Source: a virus (Duplodnaviria; Caudoviricetes). From it: a DNA stretch of 64,000 nt. The translations under genes were made by a program, and so were the position numbers. The DNA lies in the IMG/VR virus record IMGVR_UViG_3300015606_001334, positions 128,001 through 192,000 of that record; one strand, given 5' to 3'. Under the pieces are notes generated by a model, which did not search any database, was not told where the DNA came from, and was given only the letters and a program-made list of their open reading frames with translations. This document shows positions 25,692 through 34,948 of this stretch, piece after piece; the first letter of the stretch is position 1; each line of letters begins with the position of its first letter.

Positions 25692-25987
25692 TCTGTTACC
25701 TCAACATTTACTGACATTGACACTGATGCAGGTAGCATCTTATAAGCTCGAAACTCTTTCTTTTGGAAGTATGGACGAATTGAATCCATACGCTGAGCAA
25801 TTTCTGCCTTCCATTCCTCTTCACTGTCAAAGACGATCAGATTAGGATAATGGGTGGTACAGGATGCACCGCTTCCAGGTCGCTCATATGGATCATCATA
25901 CGTGACTGAATCAATCTCTACGATCACATACACAGGTTTTGTAGGAAGATCCTTGATAGATTTTGGGTATTTCGAAGAAATCGACAT
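25679..25987 (-). CDS. hypothetical protein
   Basis: ORF. Confidence 0.65.
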   Translation of the reverse strand: MSISSKYPKSIKDLPTKPVYVIVEIDSVTYDDPYERPGSGASCTTHYPNLIVFDSEEEWKAEIAQRMDSIRPYFQKKEFRAYKMLPASVSMSVNVEVTEWQS

Positions 25988-26017
25988 AGCAAATAGGAGC
26001 CCGAAGGCTCCTTCAAA

Positions 26018-26326
26018 TTAGCCGTTAAGAGCTATACCAGAAGAGGCAATCTTGATGCCTGAGATTTGGGATAGATAACCATCTTGCACTTCCTTATCAG
26101 GAGTAGCAAGACACATGATTTGAGAAACGCTGACTTCAATTTCTCCAGATCGCTGAGAATGGATCCAAGGAATTAGACCTAGACCGAATCCGCCCTGTGG
26201 GGTAGGCATGACTTGAAGAACCAATGGGGATTCAATGGTAAAAACACCAGAATCCTCATCAATTTCATTCACTTTACAAAGTACTTCTTCGCCTGATACC
26301 ATTTTTAGAGTTTTTATTTCAGACAT
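26018..26326 (-). CDS. Sm-like fold phage protein
   Basis: TLKMVSGEEVLCKV...PW pattern of T4-like Sm-domain proteins. Confidence 0.65.
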   Translation of the reverse strand: MSEIKTLKMVSGEEVLCKVNEIDEDSGVFTIESPLVLQVMPTPQGGFGLGLIPWIHSQRSGEIEVSVSQIMCLATPDKEVQDGYLSQISGIKIASSGIALNG

Positions 26327-26335
26327 TGTGTTTCC

Positions 26336-26686
26336 TTATTCTCGTTTTTGTGTGGATAAAAAATTGCGAATATGAGTGAAAGTTCTCGATATTGCGCGGT
26401 GCTTCATTGACATTTGGTCACTCGTGAGATGCTCATGTTGCGGAGCCCAAATCAGGTAGAAGTCCAAGAAGCTCATCATAGCATCATGGAGCTCTTGATA
26501 CTCGTAGTACTGGCGGCGAACTTTAACGTCGAGATGCTCATCTTCAGTGAGGATGGTTTGAGTAATCTTCTCGGAAATCGGATGAAGATCGTCTGTCCTA
26601 CCATCCAATGCATCAAGAATCTTTACAACCAATCCTGAGTAAACTTTGAAGGGAGCGTACTCATCAATACGAAAGTCTTCCATCAT
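26336..26686 (-). CDS. hypothetical protein
   Basis: AAGGAG RBS. Confidence 0.65.
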   Translation of the reverse strand: MMEDFRIDEYAPFKVYSGLVVKILDALDGRTDDLHPISEKITQTILTEDEHLDVKVRRQYYEYQELHDAMMSFLDFYLIWAPQHEHLTSDQMSMKHRAISRTFTHIRNFLSTQKRE

Positions 26687-26693
26687 TGTCTCC

Positions 26694-27176
26694 TTAGTAC
26701 ATGCGGCGAGGATTGTTCAGGTAGCGACGTTGTTCGTTCGAAAGAATTTCATCGATTGCCATGGTTTCAGGACTTTGGTACTTGCTCATGATTGCGCTCT
26801 TGTAAACACAATCATCTTCAGGTCCATCACAATTCCTTACGACTTCAAACCAAACATCGTGAGGGAATTGAGCCTTCGTCAAGATTGTAAACTGAAGGCG
26901 ACCGTTTGTGAACGTCGTCGCGTAATACTTTGGAGGTTGTCCCATAAGGAAACACTTAGTATTTCCATCAGTGAGAGCAACACATTGCTTCTTGTATTCT
27001 TGGCCTTCACCGTAGTACGGTGCCGATTGAATAACGTTTGCGAGGATAACCTCATCGGCGGCTACGGCAGGCTTAGAAAAATAGAGTGCTGCAATCAGGA
27101 CAACTGCCCAAAATACAACACTCTTGAAAGTTTCGATATGGAAATCCAGCTTAGAATTGCTCATCATCATCTCCAA
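26694..27176 (-). CDS. exported hypothetical protein
   Basis: N-terminal TM/signal, Cys pairs. Confidence 0.65.
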   Translation of the reverse strand: MEMMMSNSKLDFHIETFKSVVFWAVVLIAALYFSKPAVAADEVILANVIQSAPYYGEGQEYKKQCVALTDGNTKCFLMGQPPKYYATTFTNGRLQFTILTKAQFPHDVWFEVVRNCDGPEDDCVYKSAIMSKYQSPETMAIDEILSNEQRRYLNNPRRMY

Positions 27177-27228
27177 AGGCTACTTAACTTAAGATGAATT
27201 ATATACTGAATTCCGAAAAAAGAAACTG

Positions 27229-27552
27229 TTAGTAAGTGGCTTCGATCGCCTCTCTGATTTGCTCAAACTCTGGCTTGGTAACCTTACGCTTGATTTCTAA
27301 ACAGTTAGCAGCGAAGGTTGCGGACATCATGCGAATCGTCTTTGGATTCAAACCATTCATGACTCGAACTCGAACTGAATTTGGGTTCTCGTTAACGAGA
27401 CTGTTGATTGCAACAAAGACTTTTAGTTCTCCAGAACGCTTAGAAGGGGAAGGGTAGAACGAATCACTGAAGATTGACATCGCTGCTGGCTTAAGAGCTG
27501 CGACGAACCATTCATTCTGTTGTTCTAAACGTGGTGGGGCTTTTTTGCGCAT
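27229..27552 (-). CDS. hypothetical protein
   Basis: GAGG RBS. Confidence 0.65.
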   Translation of the reverse strand: MRKKAPPRLEQQNEWFVAALKPAAMSIFSDSFYPSPSKRSGELKVFVAINSLVNENPNSVRVRVMNGLNPKTIRMMSATFAANCLEIKRKVTKPEFEQIREAIEATY

Positions 27553-27563
27553 AAGACCTCTTG

Positions 27564-28007
27564 TTATTTTCTGTTGATGGTTGGGGCAATTGCTTGGAAA
27601 ACATCGAGAAATCTTTCGCTTGAAAGACCATTCTTAAACATGAACGGAAGATCGATGTCAAAAATTATGTCGTCAAGAGTAAGGCCTCTTGCTGCCAATG
27701 GCATCGCTTCAAACGTTGAGAATCGAACTGACTTTTGGCCAGTAATCGAATCAAACCTTAGAAGATTTTGATTGTGGACATCAATCTTTATTCCATAGTC
27801 ACGAGGAGCTTTATCGAAGAAGTCTTGAAACACCTTACGAACGTAGTTCGTCATGCCTGAGTTGTAGCTCACGAACATGATTTGAGCTGGACCGTTGATG
27901 TTCATCAAACGATTCAGAGTTTCTTTGACAGCTTCGGTGGTCTTACCGTTCTGACGCTGGCAGAGCTCGGCAATATGCGAGAAACTTTGGAAGTCTAGAT
28001 ACTTCAT
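27564..28007 (-). CDS. small P-loop (terminase/helicase ATPase-like) protein
   Basis: RQNGKTT, ARGLTLDDIIFD. Confidence 0.55.
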   Translation of the reverse strand: MKYLDFQSFSHIAELCQRQNGKTTEAVKETLNRLMNINGPAQIMFVSYNSGMTNYVRKVFQDFFDKAPRDYGIKIDVHNQNLLRFDSITGQKSVRFSTFEAMPLAARGLTLDDIIFDIDLPFMFKNGLSSERFLDVFQAIAPTINRK

Positions 28008-28035
28008 TTTATTGTTCTTATTATGGAAGTGAGGG

Positions 28036-28420
28036 TGGGGAAATGTTTCTGTTGCCAAGTACAACTTCCCCAAAAACTCCGACAGCTTTACCTATTTAAA
28101 GGATCAAGCAGCCACGCGGTAACTTTCGTCGTTTGCGTTTAACTTTTTTCTTCCACTAACGCAGGTTGCTCTCGAGTCGTTCCAATCTTGTTACTCATGC
28201 CATGTCGAGACCTGTCGACCCCATTAAAAAGAAACCTAGTATGACGATCACGTTCTCTTACTCTTTCGTCATCCTGCCTTGCCTTCTCATAGGTAAGATC
28301 GAAGAACGATCCATCTTACCTCGGGCGACCTCCTTGCGAGAGGACTTGGTTTCTTTTTGGTGGAGTCGAGGGGAATCGAACCCCTTTCCACAACACTTTC
28401 CCAATCAAAGTCTCAGGTAT
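28036..28420 (-). ncRNA. ssrA: two-piece (circularly permuted) tmRNA, tag (A)ANDESYRVAA*
   Basis: Acceptor piece ...GGGTTCGATTCCCCTCGACTCCACCA (28358-28420) precedes the GGGGTCGA...CTCGAC 5' piece (from 28222); tag frame 28136-28104; G3:U70. Confidence 0.9.
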
Positions 28421-28592
28421 TTCTACCCATACGACTATAAAAACTCTCGGTCATTCTTTCGATCGTCTTCCCATTTATCCCAGTTGTAATGAAAGATGGA
28501 ATAAATCCAACCACCAACACAACCAATGATTGTTACAACAACGAGAAGTTTTTCTACTTGATCAACCATGAAAAGAATTATATCACTATTTA

Positions 28593-28988
28593 TTAGCGTT
28601 GTAAACTGTTTTGTATCTTTTTTATCTTATCAGCCAAAGTTTCTGGAGTAAATGGCTTTACGATGTAAGAGCTTGCGCCCGCTTGAGCGGCAGCAATGAT
28701 GTTTTCTTTCTTTGCCTCAGCCGTAACCATCATCACTGGAATGTGAGCGGTCTTTGGATTCGCCTTTAGAGCTCGAAGCATATCCAAACCGTCCATGTTC
28801 GGCATGTTCCAGTCTGACACGATCAAAGTGATAGACTCAGCCATGTTTTCTGCAACAGAGTATCCTTTTCTTCCATCGTCAGCTTCGACAATGTTAGTGA
28901 ATCCTGCTTCCTTAAGGCACGCGATCAAGATTCTTCGCATAGTAGCGAAGTCATCCACGACTAATACTGGTTTGCTCGGGTCAATCAT
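28593..28988 (-). CDS. cheY: chemotaxis response regulator CheY
   Basis: VLVVDDFATMRRI, SDWNMPNMDG, MVTAEAKKENIIAAAQAGASSYIVKPFT. Confidence 0.92.
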   Translation of the reverse strand: MIDPSKPVLVVDDFATMRRILIACLKEAGFTNIVEADDGRKGYSVAENMAESITLIVSDWNMPNMDGLDMLRALKANPKTAHIPVMMVTAEAKKENIIAAAQAGASSYIVKPFTPETLADKIKKIQNSLQR

Positions 28989-29251
28989 TTTGGAGTGTAG
29001 CGAAGGTAAATTCCTAAAAGAGTATTTACACAGTCTTGACAGAAATCACCCTCAATTTTGGTACCATCTCCGAAAATTGATCCGTAACCGCCTTCCATTC
29101 GAATGTGCAACATCTCATTAGCTTCAGATCTTTCTAGAGGATCTTCGGCAGCTGGATGAAACGCGGCACCGCATTTGTCACAAACAAATTCATCAATAAC
29201 TTCTGCAGGCTTTAGGATCTTTTTAGTCTTTTCCATGATACGTCTGTTCAA
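28985..29251 (-). CDS. Zn-finger hypothetical protein
   Basis: CDKC...GYGSIFGDG...CQDC. Confidence 0.7.
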   Translation of the reverse strand: MNRRIMEKTKKILKPAEVIDEFVCDKCGAAFHPAAEDPLERSEANEMLHIRMEGGYGSIFGDGTKIEGDFCQDCVNTLLGIYLRYTPK

Positions 29252-29921
29252 ATAGTTCTTTTAGCCAATTGAAATCATTTACTTTTTTGATTTCTTCTGG
29301 ATTTCCTCGATTAGCCAGGCCAAACAAAGCTCCTAGTTTAGCTCCTTCAAGCACCTTATCAGCATGGAAGGAATTTGGGTTCGCGACGTTCTGCCAGGTT
29401 TTAAGTCGAGTTTCGGTTTCAGTGTCGACTTGTTTGTCAATTACTTTGCTGGCAAGTTTAGCGCATTCTCTAAAGGCGCCTCGCCAGGATCTAAACTCAT
29501 CTGAATTGAAGTTAGTAAATGACACTACGTCATCGATGTACTTTACGTCCTTCGTTAGGGAAGTCGTAAAGTCTATTGAATTCGTTTTTAGATTTCTGAA
29601 AAATTTCTTTGAGAATAGTTTGACCCCACCGTATCCGTATTCGAGACCATTTACTGGATTGCGGCTTTTCCAAATATGAACGTAGTCCTGATCCCATGAC
29701 GCAGGTTTAAACGAGAAGTCAAATGATGGAAAAACTTCAGTGTCGCCGTCAACTACATAAAATAAGCTAGTGTCAGCAATTTTTGAGGCCTCATTATGGG
29801 CATTTGCGATACCCTCTACGCCGTGAACCCGCTTAGCGTATTGGAATTTTGAACGAAGTAGCTCAAAATTAGCATCCGCGTTTGGTTCGTCGTATGAAAT
29901 GAAAATGATGTCTAACGCCAT
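29223..29921 (-). CDS. GT-A fold glycosyltransferase-like protein
   Basis: DIIFISYDE, VVDGD (DxD), YGYGGVKL. Confidence 0.7.
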   Translation of the reverse strand: MALDIIFISYDEPNADANFELLRSKFQYAKRVHGVEGIANAHNEASKIADTSLFYVVDGDTEVFPSFDFSFKPASWDQDYVHIWKSRNPVNGLEYGYGGVKLFSKKFFRNLKTNSIDFTTSLTKDVKYIDDVVSFTNFNSDEFRSWRGAFRECAKLASKVIDKQVDTETETRLKTWQNVANPNSFHADKVLEGAKLGALFGLANRGNPEEIKKVNDFNWLKELFEQTYHGKD

Positions 29922-29924
29922 AAC

Positions 29925-30173
29925 TTATTCTTCTCTTGGTATATCAGGTGGAGCTTCTTGTATCAAGGATTGGTATTTATCAGCATGATATTTACACACT
30001 GAAAGCTGCTCTCGAGTAGTACTCAAATCAGCAATCATTCGTTCTACTGTTCTTGCTGACTTTGCAAGGGCATCAGCAGAATCCGCGATCTGTGCCTTGA
30101 GATGATAATTCTCCGAAAGGACATATGCTAACCCTAGCGCTTGCACAATCATTATTACATTAGCGGGTTTCAA
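29925..30173 (-). CDS. membrane-anchored coiled-coil protein
   Basis: N-terminal TM. Confidence 0.55.
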   Translation of the reverse strand: MKPANVIMIVQALGLAYVLSENYHLKAQIADSADALAKSARTVERMIADLSTTREQLSVCKYHADKYQSLIQEAPPDIPREE

Positions 30174-30205
30174 GATTATCTCTTATAGATTTTGGTTGGG
30201 CCGTA

Positions 30206-31156
30206 TCAATTATTTACATCTTTTGCGAGGCGCACTTGCGCGGTTTCATTACACAACGTCACCATCATACCTGAGACTTCGAACTTATCATCACGTTTGG
30301 GTCCATTGATCCGCTTTTGGACTTCCTCGATAGCATTGCGAGTCAAGTACTTTCCAAACTTCACGGAGAAATGATGGTAAAGAAAGTTCCGTTGACGATA
30401 GTCGCTTAGCTTTCTTAGGTTCACCCGATCAATTCCGGTTTCACCCGATCCGCATGATTGATTGTCTATATGGTAGAGGTCCTCAATGAGAGCCGAACAC
30501 TCCGACATATTTTGCATGGCTCGCTCAAGTGATGCATAGAACTTCCAGCTTGTGAAATGTTCCTTGAGCAATGGAATCACTTTGTTCCGAATAAAGCCCC
30601 GTGACAGTTCGGTACTATCGTTGGTAGAATCGTGCCCGTATAGTATACTGAGCGCCTCCACTTGCTGCAGGATTTCTTCTTTAGATAGATGGATAAGAGG
30701 ACGAATAAGACGGGAGTTTTTCGGATTCGAAGAAATCCCAGACAGACCTTTGACAGAACTTCCACGACATAGGCGGAAGAAAAACGTTTCGATTGAATCA
30801 TCAAGATGATGACCAGTCAGGAGAGTCTCGTTGAGCAAAAGATTGCTGTACAAAGCATCGTATCTACCCGCTCTTTCGGCAGCTTCGATTCCCTGTGACT
30901 TAACCATTCTTTCGTCAACCGTTGCCGTTAACACGGTGATTTCAAGCCCGTAGTATTTCGCCCACTCAACACAAAAATCCCGAATCTTTTCAGCGCCATT
31001 CGACGCCTTGGAATCAGGATGCATGACATGGACTAATCGAAAGTCGTATCCACCTTGCTTAAGTAGGAAAGCAAGAAGGGCAGAATCTGCCCCTCCGGAA
31101 AATGCTACGACGTAACGAAGACCAATGTGTTTTGGTAGGTTAATCATCTTTGTCAA
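30206..31156 (-). CDS. tilS: tRNA(Ile)-lysidine synthetase
   Basis: AFSGGADS PP-loop, E.A.R..RY, GHHLDDSIET, IRPL, D.TN, R..IR. Confidence 0.9.
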   Translation of the reverse strand: MTKMINLPKHIGLRYVVAFSGGADSALLAFLLKQGGYDFRLVHVMHPDSKASNGAEKIRDFCVEWAKYYGLEITVLTATVDERMVKSQGIEAAERAGRYDALYSNLLLNETLLTGHHLDDSIETFFFRLCRGSSVKGLSGISSNPKNSRLIRPLIHLSKEEILQQVEALSILYGHDSTNDSTELSRGFIRNKVIPLLKEHFTSWKFYASLERAMQNMSECSALIEDLYHIDNQSCGSGETGIDRVNLRKLSDYRQRNFLYHHFSVKFGKYLTRNAIEEVQKRINGPKRDDKFEVSGMMVTLCNETAQVRLAKDVNN

Positions 31157-31421
31157 TCTTGAGCAACGCGTATCTGATTAAATTAATCGCAACTAAATTG
31201 ATGATTGTATACTCAAGTTTTGCCGAAGGAAACAGAAGATTTATTCCGAAGATCGCCAAAATTCCAACAAGTGCAAAATTGAAAATTCCGACAAGAGCAC
31301 TAACTATTGCAAGAACTCTTGTGCTGGTCGACTCTCGATCAATCTCAAGAGTCGTGAATCCTGCGATGTTAAACCTTGATGGAACTTGGACGTAGAAATT
31401 TTCGGAGATAAATTTTCTCAT
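31140..31421 (-). CDS. membrane protein
   Basis: Two TM segments. Confidence 0.6.
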   Translation of the reverse strand: MRKFISENFYVQVPSRFNIAGFTTLEIDRESTSTRVLAIVSALVGIFNFALVGILAIFGINLLFPSAKLEYTIINLVAINLIRYALLKIDKDD

Positions 31422-31798
31422 TGTGTAATTGTGATTTTGAACGTGCGATTTTCTTGTTTGGCGTTGATCACTCGATCAAGCGGGAACTTGTAGACGCGAA
31501 CCTTCCAATGAGCACGATGAATAACTTCTGTCTTGAACTTGTCGCCGTTCGTACCATTTTTCTTCGTGTGCTTCTTGGTAAGAGGAACGATTTGCGTTTT
31601 CTTACGGAACTTTTGAGTTGTGTAAAGGTAGATGAAGCCATCCTTCACCCGCCCGCTGTAGCTCTTTTCGCGGGTCCCACCAAACGTGATGTGACCATAA
31701 TTTGCCATGCGGTAATCAATATCACCGCGCCGAGAAACTTCGAAAGAAGAGTAAAGAAAGTTATTCGGACGAGGAACAACAGTAATCATGCGAGGCAT
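31418..31798 (-). CDS. basic hypothetical protein
   Basis: AGGAG RBS. Confidence 0.65.
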   Translation of the reverse strand: MPRMITVVPRPNNFLYSSFEVSRRGDIDYRMANYGHITFGGTREKSYSGRVKDGFIYLYTTQKFRKKTQIVPLTKKHTKKNGTNGDKFKTEVIHRAHWKVRVYKFPLDRVINAKQENRTFKITITQ

Positions 31799-32026
31799 CG
31801 TAATTCTCCTTAGGCAGCCATGAAGGTAAAACCAGTGTTACGGTTCAGGTGGCGAACTTCCTTGTCGTTCAAGAACGTTTCGAAAGCCATAACATCCGGC
31901 ACGATGCAGGTCTTCTCGCCAACAACTTTACCATCGCGCAAAACCAAATACGTGAATTCCATGGTCATCTCCTTATCTATCAACGTGAGATGAATTATAA
32001 AATCAAAATTTGGTTTTGTAAACTGT

Positions 32027-32314
32027 TTATCCACCCCAAGGGATATGTTTTACTTCAACTTGAACTTTTTGTTTTCGTTTGGATCTGCTCTCAGGCCAAG
32101 GTTCAGCACCAGTCAAATATGCTTTGTACTTCTCTTTGTCAACAAACCAATAATCTTCTGGATTCTGACCACATTCGTTGATCATTTGAACTTCATAACC
32201 GCCAAGTTCTAATGCAGCATGAACCAAAGCGGCAGGAAAATTGATACCACCACCCATCCCAGAAAGTAGTACATAGTCACCGTCCAATGGGGAAATTTTT
32301 GCAGGTTTTGTCAT
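32027..32314 (-). CDS. hypothetical protein
   Basis: ORF. Confidence 0.65.
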   Translation of the reverse strand: MTKPAKISPLDGDYVLLSGMGGGINFPAALVHAALELGGYEVQMINECGQNPEDYWFVDKEKYKAYLTGAEPWPESRSKRKQKVQVEVKHIPWGG

Positions 32315-32658
32315 TTCACGATTTCAAGTTTTGGTCGTTGCTTAGGAGGTTCCTCAGGAGGAGGCTCAATTGTACAAACTTGGGCTTCTCCGCTCGGATG
32401 AGGAATCTCACCACATTTGTTTTCAGGAGCAGATGCGTTCTGCACAGTCTGAGCTTGTTGTTCCATTTGTTGAAGGAACATCAACACCGTTTTCGGGGTG
32501 ACAGGCATCTCATTCTCGTTGAAATGTTGAATCACATTGAGGATGTCCATTACACCTTGAGAACGTCCTTGATTGAATGAATTCTGAATGTGAATATCGA
32601 ATTTCTTACGATAATGCTGTTCAAAAATTGGGTCAACAACAATCATTTTTATCTCCAA
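32311..32658 (-). CDS. hypothetical protein
   Basis: ORF. Confidence 0.6.
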   Translation of the reverse strand: MEIKMIVVDPIFEQHYRKKFDIHIQNSFNQGRSQGVMDILNVIQHFNENEMPVTPKTVLMFLQQMEQQAQTVQNASAPENKCGEIPHPSGEAQVCTIEPPPEEPPKQRPKLEIVK

Positions 32659-32661
32659 AAG

Positions 32662-32683
32662 AAAAGGGACCGAAGTCCCTTTT
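32662..32683. terminator. intrinsic terminator after NAMPT
   Basis: AAAAGGGAC-CGAA-GTCCCTTTT. Confidence 0.8.
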
Positions 32684-32699
32684 CAACACATTACGACAT

Positions 32700-34190
32700 T
32701 TAGTCGTTGCGTTCACCATAAGCGCGAGCGCGAATGGTTTCAAGATCGGTGAATTCCTTGAACCAACCACAGTCGTAAATGACTTCCATGATGTCTTCCC
32801 ATTCCGGATTGGTGGGTTCATCAGGGTTGGTCGGCAGGGTCATGATCTCGCCAGTCAGACGGCTACGGTAGGTGTTGAGGAAACCAGCCTTGGACTTCTT
32901 ACCGGGATCGGTAATCGGGTCCTTGAAGATTTCTTGCCACTTACCATCGACCTTGATGGCGCAAACCTTCTGAGCGAACTTGTAGGTATCGCGGTTCAGC
33001 TTTTGCAGCAATGCACCACCAGAACCGAACACCAAGTTCTGCGCAGAGTAGCCAAGATCGGTCACCAGTTGCAGAATCTTGCGGATCATCTCGATGTCGA
33101 TGCCATCGCCTTGGATGACGCCAACAGTGTTGATGACCTTATAGCCCTTGCTGTTAACAGTGAAGCCGAAAGTTGCAGCTTGCATGTCAAGCAGACGAGG
33201 AATGACTTCCAGCGGATCACCACTGTCAGGACGGAAGACGATACGAGCGCCGGACTTTTCGATCTGTTCCTTGAATTCAGTGCAAAGCAGCATGGATTCG
33301 CGGTACACGTCGTAACCGTCGAGCACGATCGAAACAATCGCACCAGGTTTCGCGTAGGTATCGAGGATCTTCTTCAGATATTCGCGTTGACGTTTCGGAC
33401 CGAACGAACACTGGATGCTGTGCTCAGTTGCAGGAACCGAGAAAGCAGCCATCGTGCAGTTGTAGTAGAAATTCGCAGCACGGATACCAGAGATGGTGTC
33501 AGAGCCAGTGAAGTTGACCAAGTGGGCCATGCCGCCGATCTGGGCGGATTCTTCAGAACTTACCCCACGGCCGCCAAAGTCATGCAACATGAACGGCAGA
33601 CCAGGATACTTGCCACGAAGGGTCGTTGCACCAGGAACCGGATCAACAGAGAGTTCGAAGAACTGTTCGATCACCTTGCGGATTTCGTAGTCCATCGAAG
33701 CAATCGTGGTCGGATACCAAACGGCACGCTGCATGGAAGTTTCGAGGTAGGAGGCAATCCATGCGACTTTCTTGTCTTCGCAGGTCGCGACATACAAGGC
33801 GTTGGCAGAAGGAATGGGGATACCTTCCTTGACGGCCTTGATCTTGAGGGGAATGAAGCCGTTGTACTTTTCGACGATGTATTCCCAAGGTTCACGGTCA
33901 AACGGTTCACCGTGGGCCTTTGCGAAATCTTCAGCTTCGTCGATCATGTCGATCGTAATCGGAGTGGAGAGGCGTTTGCGAATCCACATTTGGAGACCGA
34001 TCGGAACGACGATCTTGCCCTTGATGCGCGGCTCACCGTACGAAACTTGACCTTCCATCTCGTCCGGATAGACGGGACCGTGGGACAGTTTGTAGGAATC
34101 GGCGTCGAGGATGAAGTTTACCCCAAGAACATTGGGATTTTCGCGTTGGATTTGGCGACGGATTGCACGAGGCAGATCATTAAAATTCAT
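32700..34190 (-). CDS. nadV: nicotinamide phosphoribosyltransferase
   Basis: DSYKLSH, LHDFGGRG, SVPATEHS, RPDSGDP, IQGDG, FGSGGALLQKLNRDT. Confidence 0.95.
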   Translation of the reverse strand: MNFNDLPRAIRRQIQRENPNVLGVNFILDADSYKLSHGPVYPDEMEGQVSYGEPRIKGKIVVPIGLQMWIRKRLSTPITIDMIDEAEDFAKAHGEPFDREPWEYIVEKYNGFIPLKIKAVKEGIPIPSANALYVATCEDKKVAWIASYLETSMQRAVWYPTTIASMDYEIRKVIEQFFELSVDPVPGATTLRGKYPGLPFMLHDFGGRGVSSEESAQIGGMAHLVNFTGSDTISGIRAANFYYNCTMAAFSVPATEHSIQCSFGPKRQREYLKKILDTYAKPGAIVSIVLDGYDVYRESMLLCTEFKEQIEKSGARIVFRPDSGDPLEVIPRLLDMQAATFGFTVNSKGYKVINTVGVIQGDGIDIEMIRKILQLVTDLGYSAQNLVFGSGGALLQKLNRDTYKFAQKVCAIKVDGKWQEIFKDPITDPGKKSKAGFLNTYRSRLTGEIMTLPTNPDEPTNPEWEDIMEVIYDCGWFKEFTDLETIRARAYGERND

Positions 34191-34474
34191 TTGAAAGCTC
34201 CTTTCAAAGATTGAGAAATGTAACTGTCTATCAGCTACAGGAATATTTATTCCATCACGAACTCAGAAAAAGTAAACTGATTTTTCAAATATCTTCTACT
34301 TGATGATCAGGAGGAAATTCGCACTGCATTGGTTGACCGTCACGATCGAGGTATTCATGGTCCTCATCGATGATGTAAACCCAAGCGGACTTTTCAGACT
34401 TCTTGATGTAGTACTCACCAGTCTCGCCTTCGAAGAAGACTTCACCGACAGAAATTTGATCAAACGTTGCCATG

Positions 34475-34774
34475 TTAACCTCCGATGTTCAGTGAACCAA
34501 GATTATAGGACTTTTCTCCAGTGAAGAGGCTGTAGATCCCATAATTGAGGCTGTTGTAATGCTTCACTTCAGCTTCAGTCAATTCACGCGTTGTTTCTTT
34601 CGGGAAATGGACATCAACGAAGCCCAAGCCAGTAACCCAATTACCGATGTATTCAGTTTCGGTTTCTTTCGTGACTACACAAATATCGGGTTCTTCGCTG
34701 CTGATGTCACCAATCTTATGAAAAGCTTTGGTTGCCATCAGATATTTCGGTTGCTCAAGCTTAATAGGTTCCAT
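34475..34774 (-). CDS. hypothetical protein
   Basis: ORF. Confidence 0.65.
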   Translation of the reverse strand: MEPIKLEQPKYLMATKAFHKIGDISSEEPDICVVTKETETEYIGNWVTGLGFVDVHFPKETTRELTEAEVKHYNSLNYGIYSLFTGEKSYNLGSLNIGG

Positions 34775-34948
34775 TATCGTTCTCCGAGCGAGGCATTGTG
34801 GAGGTTCACAATATGCGAAGCCACCTCACGACCAAGATTGAAGGCGATGGCAATTTGCATGTTAACAAATTTGAACTCCAGCTTAACCTTGTACTCTTCT
34901 TCTGTAAAGATAGAGCTATCTTTTACGGTCCAGCGGACCTTACGAACA

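Noticed and set aside
32577-34214. 545-aa plus-strand ORF (similarly 11138-12100, 37588-38535, 55204-55884, 60498-61250)
   Set aside because: Antisense shadows of well-supported minus-strand genes with biased codon usage; no recognisable motifs.
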